From an uncultured Planctomycetaceae bacterium (GTDB taxonomy: Bacteria; Planctomycetota; Planctomycetia; Isosphaerales; Isosphaeraceae), in contig CAWIAD010000001.1 in assembly GCA_963833985.1 (NCBI GenBank), positions 2,976,001 to 3,040,000 on the forward strand: 64,000 bases of DNA. Direction: 5' to 3'. Shown piece by piece: positions 1-10,462 of the stretch. The notes beneath the pieces are model-generated. The model did no database searches, was not told where the DNA came from, and was given only the letters and a program-made list of their open reading frames with translations. Positions within the stretch are counted from its first letter, which is position 1. The number at the start of each line of letters is the position of its first letter. A program made the position numbers and the translations under genes.

Positions 1-1563
1 CGAGAACTCCTTGATGAGCGGCTCCTCCACGGTCCGGTTGTACCCGAAGGTCACGTCGCGCAGCTCGAGCAGCCCGGTGAGCCGGGGTGGAACGGGGTGC
101 TTCCCGGTTCTGGCCTGCGTGTCCATCCCCGGGGGCCAGGCCGCACGCGCCTCGAAGACCGGGTCGATGCGGTGGTTCCTGACGTCATCGATCCGGTCTA
201 GGTCGGCCCGCAGCTCCTGCATCTGCGAGCCCAGCCGCGCCAGGTCGCGAAAAGGCTGGTTGAAACTGGCCAGCAGCGACTGGAACGCCACGAGCGCCCC
301 GATCGACAGCGAGCCGATGGCGACCTGGCGCCCGCCCAGGCCAAGAATGACAATCGTGGTGAGCGTCGCCAGGAAGGGGGGCAGGGCGAAGAGCAGGGCG
401 TCGTACGCGCCCAGGCGCTGCTCGCCGCTGACGACCCGCGCCTGGTCGCCGGTCCAGCGAGTCATCAGGTCCGCTTCGGATCCGCTGGCCTTCACCGATT
501 CGATGATCTGGATGGCCCACATCACGCCGCCCCAGAGCCGGCCCCGGATCTGCTCGATGGCCCGGTTCTGGTCGATCCTCCACCGCGAGAGCCAGCGTAG
601 GGCGGCCAGGTTCAAGCTGCTGATGGCCACGCCCACGGAGGTCAAGAGCGGATCGTAGGGGAACATGGCCGCCACGAAGAAGACCAGGGTCAGCAAGCTG
701 ACCGCGGTCGTGGCGAGCTCGCCGGAGACCAGCCGTGCCACTCGCTCCGTGCTCACAATGCGGCTGACGATGTCGCCGGCGAAGCGATACTGGAAGAAGC
801 TGATCGGCAGCCGGAGCACGTGCTGGAGAAACCGGACCGACTCGACGAGGGCCAGCCGCACCTCCAGCCTCATCAGGAAAAGCTGCTGGAGACTCACGGC
901 CGCCAGTTGCACGAGTGCGGTCCCCGCCACGGCGAAGAGGAGCGGCTTGAGCCAGTCCAGACGGCCCTGGACCAGGATCTCGTCGAGGAACAGCCGCTGA
1001 AATGCGGCCGACACCAGCGTGGGCACCAGCAGCGCCAGGCCGGCCAGGACCACGAACGCCAGGGCGGACTTCGACGCCGCCAGCCGCCGGGCCAGTCCCA
1101 TCGCCGCGCCGGGCCGCCGGCCCTGGCGGACGAACTGCGGACCCGGCGTGAAGGTGAAGGCGATCCCACTGTAGAATCTGGCGAATTCTTCCGGGCTGAC
1201 CGTGCGCCGGCCGCACGCCGGGTCATTCAGGTAGACGATGCCGCGGCCGAAGCCCTCCACGACCAGGAAGTGGTTCCATTGCCAGAGCACCATGAAGGGC
1301 GGCTGCCGCGTTCCCAGCCCCTCGGCCGGCTTGCGGAATGCCTTGGTCTCCAGGCCATAGCGCCTGGCCGCTTCCTTGATGTAATACGCGTTGCTGCCGT
1401 CGCGGGAGACGCCGCAATCGTTCCGCAAGACATCCAGGGGCACATACCGGCCATGGTATTCCAGTATGATCCCGAGCGCAGCCGCACCGCACTCGACGGC
1501 CTCCATCTGGAGAACCGTCGGAGTCCGGACCGGCCGGAATTTCCGCTCGCCGCGGATGGACAT
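1..1563 (-). CDS. NHLP/bacteriocin-type ABC exporter, C39 peptidase + TM + ATP-binding (3' end runs off window)
   Basis: Hand translation from ATG 1563: MSIRGERKFRPVRTPTVLQMEAVECGAAALGIILEYHG...CGVSRDGSNA...WNHFLVVEGF...NDPA (C39 Cys/His/Asp motifs), then an ABC TM domain and the start of the NBD (LELRDVTFGY). Absent from the ORF track because it has no stop in the window. Confidence 0.9.
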   Translation of the reverse strand, partial: MSIRGERKFRPVRTPTVLQMEAVECGAAALGIILEYHGRYVPLDVLRNDCGVSRDGSNAYYIKEAARRYGLETKAFRKPAEGLGTRQPPFMVLWQWNHFLVVEGFGRGIVYLNDPACGRRTVSPEEFARFYSGIAFTFTPGPQFVRQGRRPGAAMGLARRLAASKSALAFVVLAGLALLVPTLVSAAFQRLFLDEILVQGRLDWLKPLLFAVAGTALVQLAAVSLQQLFLMRLEVRLALVESVRFLQHVLRLPISFFQYRFAGDIVSRIVSTERVARLVSGELATTAVSLLTLVFFVAAMFPYDPLLTSVGVAISSLNLAALRWLSRWRIDQNRAIEQIRGRLWGGVMWAIQIIESVKASGSEADLMTRWTGDQARVVSGEQRLGAYDALLFALPPFLATLTTIVILGLGGRQVAIGSLSIGALVAFQSLLASFNQPFRDLARLGSQMQELRADLDRIDDVRNHRIDPVFEARAAWPPGMDTQARTGKHPVPPRLTGLLELRDVTFGYNRTVEEPLIKEFS

Positions 1564-1773
1564 GACTGGGACCTCGGCCCGCGAGATTCTCTTCCGCAGA
1601 CTCACCAGAATGTCACGAGTATCATCATAATCCAGTGATTGTGCGGCAAGGTGCGTGCATCTTTCCGGCCCTGACGGTTTGTGGCGATTGTGAGGACGCG
1701 GGCGAGCTGCCCGGAATTCTTGACATCCCGGCGACGTGTGCTCTCGCCGGCTGCCGGTTCCGGGAGCTTCACT

Positions 1774-2937
1774 TCACTTGAGCCGAGTCTCGGCGTCGCT
1801 CTTGACGGCCTGGTTGAGCCGGATGGGCGAGTCCCAGGGGATGACGCGAATGCCGTTGGGCAGGTTGACGCGCGGAATGGACGCGACATCGTCACCGATG
1901 AGAGGGGGAATCACCCTGCGGCCGTCGCTCCAGAATCCCAGGTGAGTGAATCGATCCGGGTCGCGGATGACTTCATCGAAGGTCAGGCCCGCGAAAGCCG
2001 TGGAGATGGCGACGTCGGCGACCCGCCAGAAGCCGGCACGGTCCAGCGCGTTGACCTCGCTCAAGCTCATCTGGATGGTGCGGAAGAGGCCCTCCCCCGT
2101 GTCCAGCCGGCGGTTGGCCCCGGTGGGCGCCGTGTGCTCGGCAAGCAGTGGCGGAAACCCGTGACGGTCCGAACGGAACAGCAGGAACCGCTTCCGAGAC
2201 CTGGGAATCGCATCGGCCTGCGCGAAGATCTGCCGGCCTCGCAGATCGCCCACCAGCAGATCGTCCTCGCCCACGACCACCAGCAGCAAGGTGTTCTGGG
2301 GAATCCGGTCGAGGCTCGGCTCGCGGCTCGGGAACACCTCGCCCGGCATGAACGCCGCCACGAGCCTGGGCCGGGGAAGCCCCGCGTGCGGATCGGCGGC
2401 GACCGCGGCGATCTGGGCGGCCAGGTTTCCCCCGGCGGAGTGGCCGATCAAGACCACCCGCTCCAGGTCCGCGTGCACGTGCTTGTCGCTGGACTCCAGG
2501 ACGTTGAGCGCATCACGCGTCGCGGCGATGGCGTTGGGCAGGAAGTCACGGGGCAGGGTCTCCACGTCTTTCTGGTAACGCGGAAAGACGACGGTCCGGC
2601 CGGAACGCACCAGGTGGTCGATCCAGGCACCATAAAATGCCGGGTTCACGGCGAACCAGCCGTGCAGGAAGACGACCACGGGCGCACGGTCCGGCTTCGG
2701 TTGTGACGGCTCGAAGAGCCAGTACGACCGTGGTCCCGTGCCGAACTCGTACCTCAAGACCGTCCGATGCGGATACTCTGGCACGACCCCCGCGCCAGCT
2801 TCCTGTGCCGCCGGCCGCTTGGGTTCATCCCCGGCAGCCTGCGCCGGACCAGCGTGCAGCACCAGGCTCGCGAGCAGTACGTTGCTCAGGAATCCGGTCA
2901 GCCATCGACCTTGTGCCGTCCGTGGCGCGCCTGACAT
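1774..2937 (-). CDS. Secreted alpha/beta hydrolase (chlorophyllase/esterase-like)
   Basis: VVVFLHGW and GHSAGG nucleophile elbow; signal-like LLASLVLHAGPAQA; start uncertain. Confidence 0.75.
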   Translation of the reverse strand: MSGAPRTAQGRWLTGFLSNVLLASLVLHAGPAQAAGDEPKRPAAQEAGAGVVPEYPHRTVLRYEFGTGPRSYWLFEPSQPKPDRAPVVVFLHGWFAVNPAFYGAWIDHLVRSGRTVVFPRYQKDVETLPRDFLPNAIAATRDALNVLESSDKHVHADLERVVLIGHSAGGNLAAQIAAVAADPHAGLPRPRLVAAFMPGEVFPSREPSLDRIPQNTLLLVVVGEDDLLVGDLRGRQIFAQADAIPRSRKRFLLFRSDRHGFPPLLAEHTAPTGANRRLDTGEGLFRTIQMSLSEVNALDRAGFWRVADVAISTAFAGLTFDEVIRDPDRFTHLGFWSDGRRVIPPLIGDDVASIPRVNLPNGIRVIPWDSPIRLNQAVKSDAETRLK

Positions 2938-3251
2938 GTCGCGAAGCCCCTTTGCCGGTCGGGGAATGACCCTCAACGGGGGAGGAATAGGGCATCTGAC
3001 CAGGCGTGTCAAGGCCAGGTGCAAGGAACGACCCCGTGCACCCCGTGCACCGTGCCGTGTTTACCCCGTTCCGACCGCTCCTGTGCCTCGAGCAGCCGCG
3101 ATACGAAAGTCGTGCATGCCAGGCTCCTCGCCGCTCGCGGGGCACGGTGCGCGTCTGGCCAACCGGCACGGGCGATGCAAGCCCTTGACAGCCCGAGGCT
3201 AGAGCCAGAGACTGTGAGCTGGATACCTGAGTCTTCTGGAGCGAACGACCG

Positions 3252-3728
3252 ATGGCATCCGGTGAACCAGCCATGGCACCTGCACCGTTCACTCCTGCGC
3301 CGCCGCCCGCGCCGGTGTCCTTCACCACGCGTCCCCCGGGTGCTCCCGAAGCAACTCCTCAGTACGAGTTCAGCTTCTCGGAGAACGCCATCATTGGCAA
3401 CCTCGGGTCAAAGATGAGCTTCGTCGGGCTCTTCATGGTAGGCGTCGGGCTCTTCTTCTTCGTGTCCGTCATCATCCGCTGGGTGCGAACCCATTACCTG
3501 GAAGTGGGTTTGCTCTTCTTGACGCTGGTCTTCATCGTGGTCGGCATCTGGACTCATCGCGCCGGCCGCGAGTTCCGCAGCGTGTCCGACACTCATGGCA
3601 AGGACATCTCCCATCTCATGGGAGCGCTCGAAAACCTGCTCAAGCTCTATACCCTGCTTTATCTGCTCTTCTTCATCAGCCTGGTCTTCGCGGTCATTCA
3701 GCTTGGCGCGCACGGGCTTTACGGTTAA
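3252..3728 (+). CDS. Hypothetical membrane protein (about 3 TM)
   Basis: Pro-rich N-terminus, YEFSFSENAII, three hydrophobic helices. Confidence 0.7.
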   Translation: MASGEPAMAPAPFTPAPPPAPVSFTTRPPGAPEATPQYEFSFSENAIIGNLGSKMSFVGLFMVGVGLFFFVSVIIRWVRTHYLEVGLLFLTLVFIVVGIWTHRAGREFRSVSDTHGKDISHLMGALENLLKLYTLLYLLFFISLVFAVIQLGAHGLYG

Positions 3729-3764
3729 GCCACGTGCGGCCTGCACCAGCGTCTGGGTGCACGC

Positions 3765-4388
3765 TCAGACCCAGGGCTCCAGCTCGATCGGCGCGCCCGT
3801 CTCCACGAGATGGAATCGCACCTCCATGCCGTCCAGGTCGGCCACGGCGAAGGTGCGCGACGAGTCGACGACCGGCATCGAGACGACCGAGCCAGGGTTG
3901 ATCACCAGCCGTCCGCCCGGACCGCGATACCACATCGGCTGGTGCGTATGCCCCACAACCAGAAAATCGCATTCCAGGTCGCGGAGGTATCGATCGAGCC
4001 GTGCCGGAGGGTGATTGCGGCGGTTGACAAACTCCATGTCGCTCATGGGTGAACCATGAACCACCACGCCAATCCGGTTTCCGGCCTCGATCACCAGGTC
4101 CGCCGGCAAGTCCTGAAGGAATTGCAGGGTCTCGTGACCGGGCGTGCCGCCTCCAAATTCGTCCACGCCTCCCGGGCCGCGGCCGATCGCCCAGCGGTCG
4201 TGGTTGCCGCGAACCGAAGCGATCTGCCGTTCCTTGAGGAAGGCGACCACCCGGTCCGGAAACGGGCCGTAGCCGACCAGGTCGCCGGCACAGACAATCC
4301 GGTCAACCTGCATCGCCACCAGGTGTGCCCAGGCGAGCTCGAGCGCAACGGGGTCGCCATGGACGTCGGAGATCAGGCCCAGTTTCAT
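3765..4388 (-). CDS. Metallophosphoesterase family protein (YfcE-like)
   Basis: SDVHGD, GDLVGYG, RGNHD, GHTH, NPGS motifs; start overlaps proC stop. Confidence 0.9.
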   Translation of the reverse strand: MKLGLISDVHGDPVALELAWAHLVAMQVDRIVCAGDLVGYGPFPDRVVAFLKERQIASVRGNHDRWAIGRGPGGVDEFGGGTPGHETLQFLQDLPADLVIEAGNRIGVVVHGSPMSDMEFVNRRNHPPARLDRYLRDLECDFLVVGHTHQPMWYRGPGGRLVINPGSVVSMPVVDSSRTFAVADLDGMEVRFHLVETGAPIELEPWV

Positions 4389-5281
4389 GGCCCGGCCCCG
4401 GTTCTGAGGGCCGCGCTGGCGGCCAGATCGGCGGACCTCTGCGCGGCCGCCTCGACCGCGTTCATCAAGGCGCCTCGGACCCCAGCCCGCTCCAGCGCAT
4501 GCAGCCCCGCGATGGTCGTTCCGCCTGGGCTGGTGACCTGGTCCTTGAGAACACCGGGGTGAAGGCCCGTCTCCAGCACCATCCGCGCGCTTCCCAGAAC
4601 GGTCTGGGCGGCAAGCTGCACGGCGGTGTCGCGCGGCAGGCCCATCCGAACGCCGCCGTCCGCCAGGGCTTCGATGATCAGGTACACGAACGCCGGCCCG
4701 CTGCCGGAGAGCCCCGTGACCGCGTCGAGCAGCTTTTCCGGGACCTGAACCGCACAGCCAACCGAGCCCAGGAACGCCTGCACCAGCAGCTCATCCGCTA
4801 CGTGCACATCGGGCCCGAGCGCATACGCCGACGCCCCCGCGCCCAGCAGGGCGGGCGTGTTCGGCATCACCCGCACGATCCTCCGGTCAGCGCCCAGACC
4901 GTCCAGCAGCGTGGCGATCGACACTCCCGCGGCAATGGAGATGACCAGGTGCCCGGGTCCGACGTGGGGACGAAGCTCCGCCAGCACCTGCGGCATCGAC
5001 TGCGGCTTGACCGCAAGCACCAGCACATCGCTTCCGTCCGCCACCATGGTGTTCGACGCGTGGGTTCGTATCCCCGCATCGCGCCCGAGCGCGGCGCGTG
5101 CCGGCTCCAGCGGATCGCTGGCCAGGATGTTCTCCGAGCCTGCCATTCCCGAGCGCATCATGCCCTGGATCAGCGCGGTTGCCATCTTCCCCGCGCCGAT
5201 GAATCCCCACCGCCCCGGTGCTGACCGGGCCGCGAGCGGCAAACCACCCTCTTCCATCGCCCCTGAGCTCGTCATCTTCAT
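4385..5281 (-). CDS. proC: Pyrroline-5-carboxylate reductase
   Basis: GFIGAGKMA, LAVKPQ, RVMPNTP, GLSGSGPAF, VTSPGGTTIAG; exact start uncertain. Confidence 0.95.
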   Translation of the reverse strand: MKMTSSGAMEEGGLPLAARSAPGRWGFIGAGKMATALIQGMMRSGMAGSENILASDPLEPARAALGRDAGIRTHASNTMVADGSDVLVLAVKPQSMPQVLAELRPHVGPGHLVISIAAGVSIATLLDGLGADRRIVRVMPNTPALLGAGASAYALGPDVHVADELLVQAFLGSVGCAVQVPEKLLDAVTGLSGSGPAFVYLIIEALADGGVRMGLPRDTAVQLAAQTVLGSARMVLETGLHPGVLKDQVTSPGGTTIAGLHALERAGVRGALMNAVEAAAQRSADLAASAALRTGAGP

Positions 5282-5429
5282 TGACCCTGTCGCTCGCCGG
5301 TCGAACGGTCCCGGCACTCCCCCGGGCCGCTCCGGATCAGCAGCAAGCGTGGCAGCTTTTCACCGAGCTTTCAAGCCGCAACCGCGGAGAGCCGGCGATC
5401 GGCCCGAGTATGGTGCCGGACCTGGGCCG

Positions 5430-6753
5430 TCAAGCGGGCTGTTCCATGGGTTCGAGCACCGACCGGTTCGGGTCGACCAGCAGCCAGCAAAAGGCTCCCG
5501 CCAGGAACAGCGCTCCGGCAAGGTACAGGGGCAGGGCCCAGTCCGCCGGCCGGCGCTCGTCCACCAGCAGGAAGGGCAAGATGGTCGGGCTCAGGAACGC
5601 ACCGATCTGACCGGCGGTGTTCATGGCGCCCGTCACCAGACCGGCATGCTCGCCAGCGATATCCAGGCACGTGCCCCACGCCGCGCCCAGCAGGAAGCTG
5701 TCCGCCGCGCCGGCCAGCGAGAGCAGCAGAGCCGACAGCAAAGGGTCGTCCACCGCCGCGCCGCCGATCATCGCACCACCCGCCAGCAAGAGCGAGACAA
5801 AGCCGATCCCGCACCGGCCGGCGCAGACCCCACGCCCGGACCGCGCGATCGGTGGCCAGCCCTCCCGCCAGGTCGGCCCCAGCGCTGAGGATCAAGGGCA
5901 AGCCGGCCAGCAGCCCGAGCTGGGTGGACGTGAAGCCCCGGGCCTTCACCAGATACGTCGGCAGCCAGGTGATGAAGAAGTAAAAGCCGTACGCCTGGGT
6001 GAAGTACATGAGGCAAAGCAGAATGATATTCTTGTGCGTGACGACGTGCCAGAACATCCCGCGGCCAGGGCCGTGCCGGACCTCGACCCCGCGCCCGGCC
6101 TCGATGTACCGCAGTTCGTCCGCAGAAACCTCGGGATGGCTCGAGGGTTCGTCGCGAAACCAGTGGAACCAGGCGACCGCCCAGATGAAGCCGGTCGCCC
6201 CGAAGACCACGAACACCATCCGCCACGACATCACCCCGAGCATGGCGGTCACCAGCAAGGGCGTGAGCCCTCCGCCCAGGTGCGCACCCGCGAAGAAGAT
6301 TCCCTGAGCCGTGCCGCGTTCGGTGCGCGGGAACCAGCGCGAGAAGGTTTTCGATACGTTGGGGAACGCGCCGGCCTCGCCCATGCCGAAGAGGAACCGC
6401 ACTGCCAGCAGAGACGCGTAGTTGAACGCCCCCGCCGTGGCGATCGTGAAGCATGACCACCAGGTCACGATCCGCGTCAGCAGCAGCCGGGGGCCGATGC
6501 GGTCTCCCCAGGAGCCGCTGGGCATCTCGAAGACCGCATAGGCCAGGATGAACGCCCCGAACACGAAGCCCATCTGCTGATTGCTGAGACGCAGATCGTC
6601 CATCATCACCTGCGCCGTCTGAGCAATGCACACGCGGTCCAGGTAGGTGACTCCCCCCAGGGCCACCGTGAACGCGAGCACCTGGTAGCGCACCCGCGAA
6701 GTGTTGGGAACGTCGGGCGAACGCTCGGAATTCGCGGTGGGTGGGTGGATCAT
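5430..6753 (-). CDS. MFS transporter, anion:cation symporter (sugar-acid) family; apparent frameshift near 5815
   Basis: YLDRVCI, RFLFGMGEAGAFP, WFPRTERG, TWLPTYL; C-terminal helices (GAMNTAGQIG) continue in ORF 5430..5789. Confidence 0.85.
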
Positions 6754-6917
6754 GGGCAGACCGCCGGCACGCAGGCCCAGGCACGAGTTTCGGGTCGTTC
6801 ATTAGAACCCGGTTTGCCGCGGCTGTCGACGCTCCAGCCCATGACCAGGGCATTGACCCGACCGGGCACCGGGGTGAAGATCGGTCCATTCCCTTGTCTT
6901 TCCAGGAGCCGCGATCG

Positions 6918-8166
6918 ATGACTCCCGCTCAATCCCCATCGAGCTCACCCACCCGCCGGCGCGTGCTAGCGGCCGCCCTCGGCGGTCTTTCCGCGGCCGC
7001 CCTGGAACCGCCGTCATCCAGAGCGCAAGGGCAAGAAAAGGCCCCCGTGGCCCCGCGCGATCCGATCCGTATCACGCGCCTGGAAACCATCCTGGTCAAG
7101 CCGCGCTGGCTCTTCCTCAAGGTGCACACGAACGCGGGAATCGTCGGGCTGGGCGAGCCCATCGTCGAGGGGCGTGCGCTCACCGTCGCCACGGCGGTCA
7201 AGGAGATCGAACCATACCTGGTTGGCAAGGACCCGCGACAGGTGGTGCATCACTGGCAGGCCATTTACCGGCATGCCTTCTATCGTGGCGGGCCAATCCT
7301 CACAAGCGCCCTGAGCGGCATCGACATGGCGCTCTGGGACATCAAGGGCAAGGCGCTGGGCGTTCCGGTGTACGAGCTGCTGGGCGGTCCCACCCGGAAG
7401 CGTGTGCGGGTCTATGCCCATGCCGGCAGCCCGGAGCGCGTGAAGCGAGCCGTCGTCCAGGGCTTCACCGCACTGAAAACCCAGCCCGCGCTGCGCAGGC
7501 CCGCGCGGTATGTCGAGACGATGAGCCAGGTGCAGCACGCCACGGAATCGTTCGCGGCCCTGCGCGAGGCCGCCGGCGACGAGGTCGACATCGCCATCGA
7601 CTTCCACGGAGCGGTCAGCCCTGCCACCGCGAAGCTGCTCATCAAGGCACTCGAACCTTTCCAGCCGATGTTCATCGAGGAGCCATGCCAGGCGCAGAAC
7701 CACGACATCATGGCCGAGATCGCTCGCGGCACGCACCTGCCCATCGCCACGGGCGAGCGCGTCTTCACCAAGTGGGGCTTTCGTGAGGTGCTGGAGAAGC
7801 GCGCCGCCACGATCCTCCAGCCTGACCTCTGCCACGCCGGCGGCATCACCGAGGTGCGTCTCATCGCGGGCATGGCCGAAGCGTATTACGCCGCGATTGC
7901 CCCGCACAACCCGCTGGGCCCGATCTCCCTGGCCGCCGGCGTGCAGATTGCGGCATCCATTCCCAACTTCCTCTGCCAGGAGCAGGTGACCCTGGGCGAA
8001 GGCTACCTCAAGCAGCCCTTCACCCTGCGCAGGGTTCATTGACGTCCCCACCGCTCCCGGCCTGGGCATCGAGCTCGACGAGAACGCCCTGGCAAGCAAG
8101 ATCGGCCACGACTGGAAGAACCCGGAAGCGTACGACACCGAAGACGGCAGCGTGATGGACTGGTAG
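6918..8166 (+). CDS. dgoD: Galactonate dehydratase (enolase superfamily) with RR leader; apparent frameshift near 8030
   Basis: KPRWLFLKVHT, GLGEPIVEGRA, FYRGGPIL, DFHG, FIEEP, TGER, PHNPLGPIS; tail FIDVPTAPGLGIELDE...DGSVMDW* lies in the shifted frame. Confidence 0.9.
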
Positions 8167-8213
8167 GGTCAGGGCGAGGTCCGTCACGGATCGGTCCCTG
8201 CGCGGCCCGGTCG

Positions 8214-9326
8214 TCACCGCGCAGGGGAACTGGCTGTGCCTGAGCGCACGCGGTACGTCGGATCGACGATCAGCCTGCTGCCGGCGATGTCGTCCCAGGC
8301 GTAGAGCTTGAAGTTCTGCCGGCCGCCGGGATTCTTGCCGTCCTGGACGACGAACAACCCGCGCGGGAAGCGGGGCGAAGTGGGCACGTTGACGACGTCG
8401 ATGCCGTCCGTCTCGCCGACATCGGAAATGCCGTTGCCGGCGACCGGGTCGATCGTGAGCACGTACGCGTTGCGGCCCGACCGCTCGTAGACGAAGAACT
8501 TGCCGGCCCCCTGGCTGGAGGCGATCAGGTAGCCCCGGCCGCCGGAACCGTAATAGACCGTCAGACCTTCGATGTCGGCCGCCAGGCCATGATCGCCCAC
8601 GCGTGCCACCAGCGTGCGGCCGTCGCCCGAGTCCGGCTCTGCGCCGTAGCGCCAGATGCCGACGTCCTCCTCGCCAATGTAAAGGCTGCCCGTTTCCTGG
8701 TCGGCGACGCACCCCTCGCACTGCGAGCCCACCGAAAAAGTGCGGACCTTCGTCGCCGAGATGCGGCCTTCGCTCTGGCCTTCAACCTGGTACTGCTCGA
8801 TTGCACCTTCCTTGTCGGTGACTACAACATAAGAGCGTTTCGTCTTCGGGCTCGTGTAGACGCACGACCCATACGGCTCGCCGCCGCCGAAGACGGCGAA
8901 CGTCGGGCCCTTGCCCAGCTCGGCCAGGGAACGCGCTGCCGGGTCGATCGTCCAGATCTTCATCCCGTATCCCGAAGCTTCGCGCGCCCCTGCAACGGCG
9001 AGATCAACGAGCCGGCCGCCCAGGAAGAAGCCGTAGAGGACATCGACATTATTCGGGCGCGAACCCGGGGAAACCGTCTGCCGCAAGCGGCCTTCCAGGT
9101 CGTAGACGAGCAGCCCGCCCTTCTTGTCGGTGCCCAGCAGCAAGCTCGACGCGGGGTCGCCGGGATGGACCCAGATTGCCGGATCGTCGGCCGCATCGCC
9201 CTGGTGGGCGACCTGTTCGGTCTGCACCCGAGGCGCCGGTGCGGACACGACATCGTCGCCGCCCCGCGCCGCGGTCTGGAGCAGGACGATCGTGATGCCG
9301 ATGGCGAACACGGATCGAAGAGCCAT
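8214..9326 (-). CDS. Beta-propeller 3-phytase, secreted
   Basis: Signal peptide; DAADDPAIWVHP, GTDKKGGL.VYDL, NNVD, EGCVAD, ADIEG, ETDGID, QNFKLY. Confidence 0.9.
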   Translation of the reverse strand: MALRSVFAIGITIVLLQTAARGGDDVVSAPAPRVQTEQVAHQGDAADDPAIWVHPGDPASSLLLGTDKKGGLLVYDLEGRLRQTVSPGSRPNNVDVLYGFFLGGRLVDLAVAGAREASGYGMKIWTIDPAARSLAELGKGPTFAVFGGGEPYGSCVYTSPKTKRSYVVVTDKEGAIEQYQVEGQSEGRISATKVRTFSVGSQCEGCVADQETGSLYIGEEDVGIWRYGAEPDSGDGRTLVARVGDHGLAADIEGLTVYYGSGGRGYLIASSQGAGKFFVYERSGRNAYVLTIDPVAGNGISDVGETDGIDVVNVPTSPRFPRGLFVVQDGKNPGGRQNFKLYAWDDIAGSRLIVDPTYRVRSGTASSPAR

Positions 9327-9689
9327 GGGCTACCCCCTGTTCGAGAGTCGTGGAGGACCGTCGCTGACGCTCATCCCGGCACCGTCTTTTAGCCGGCACC
9401 CCGAAAGCACCGCACCCGGGCCGGCCGTGTGGCAGGCTTGCCAGCAAGAGCCATCGCGAAACCGCACCGTAGCGGCGCTCGCAACTCTAGTAAAACGCGG
9501 TTCACGCGGTGAAATGTGAAAGGTGGATGAATCTCTCTGGCACAGCCAGCATCCACTGAGTTGAGCTGGGCTAAAGCAAAGACCGAACGTCTCGTCACAT
9601 TCGGCCGTCCGATGTCGATAAGGGTCTTGGCATTGCAGGCACAGGGGCAATCCTTGAACGCTCTCGAGCGTCTTCGGCTCTCCTTCAGT

Positions 9690-10108
9690 GCTCGGGTGCT
9701 TGAGCAGTCCGGCGTCCACGAGAAGCCCTCGCTCCTCGACGCGGGCGGTTCGTTGACGCGCAGCAGCCGAACCGTGGTGCGCCCCTTCGCCGTGAGGGGC
9801 TCGATGCGAGACAGCAACGAGGGGGACATGGTCGGTCCAGCGATCCTGGAGCGGGTGGAAGAGCGGCTCGACGGCCCCCGTTTGCTCATCAATTGACGCC
9901 AGATCACTTCCCTTCCGTGAATTACACAGCACGCACGCCAGGGCCAGGTTATCCTCCGTGGTCGCTACGCCGTGCTTCTCGGCGATGACGTGGTCGATGG
10001 TGTGCATGACCCACGTCACTGACTCGGGAACAAGCAGTACTCGCAACGGTCACCCGCCGGTTCGCGAACGAGCCGACGCAGGGCAGCGGAGACGTGGGAC
10101 TCACTCAT
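9690..10108 (-). pseudogene. HNH endonuclease (frameshifted or decayed)
   Basis: MSESHVSAALRRLVRE..DRCEYCL then a shift to IDHVIAEKHG...NLALACVLCNSRKGSD...LFHP..DRW; further shifts near 9800; 3' end approximate. Confidence 0.75.
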
Positions 10109-10114
10109 GCCCGC

Positions 10115-10462
10115 TCACGTTCCGCCTGGCGCTGGACGGCCGCGCTTGGCCATGCGGACCAGGTGCTCAAGATACTGATAGCGCTCCCACTCCGTCTGCT
10201 CAGCGGTCGAGAGGCTCCCGTAACGGTTCTTGGCGAGCAGCAATTCGATCCGGTCCTGGAGGCCTGGGGATGGTCTCAAGGAAAGGACCTCCTCCGGCGA
10301 AGGCAGGCGGGCCAGTGTCTCGACGACGTCCGCCATGCCGGCGTAATCGGGCGCGGCCGAAAGCCACTCCCTGAGCCCGAGCTCGAGGATCTCCGGCAAC
10401 CGATCCTCCACGGCCCGGAGTCGAGTCGCCAGATCGTCCGGAACCGTAAGGGTCATATCCAT
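10115..10462 (-). CDS. Hypothetical protein, putative antitoxin partner of the HNH gene
   Basis: TLTVPDDLA ribbon-like start; LPSPEEVLSLRPS..LQDRIELLLAKNR.G.L...E..EWERY; 7 bp upstream of HNH. Confidence 0.7.
   Translation of the reverse strand: MDMTLTVPDDLATRLRAVEDRLPEILELGLREWLSAAPDYAGMADVVETLARLPSPEEVLSLRPSPGLQDRIELLLAKNRYGSLSTAEQTEWERYQYLEHLVRMAKRGRPAPGGT

Noticed and set aside
3031..3058. Short CCCCGTGCA repeats in a divergent intergenic region
   Set aside because: Too short and GC-rich to call an operator
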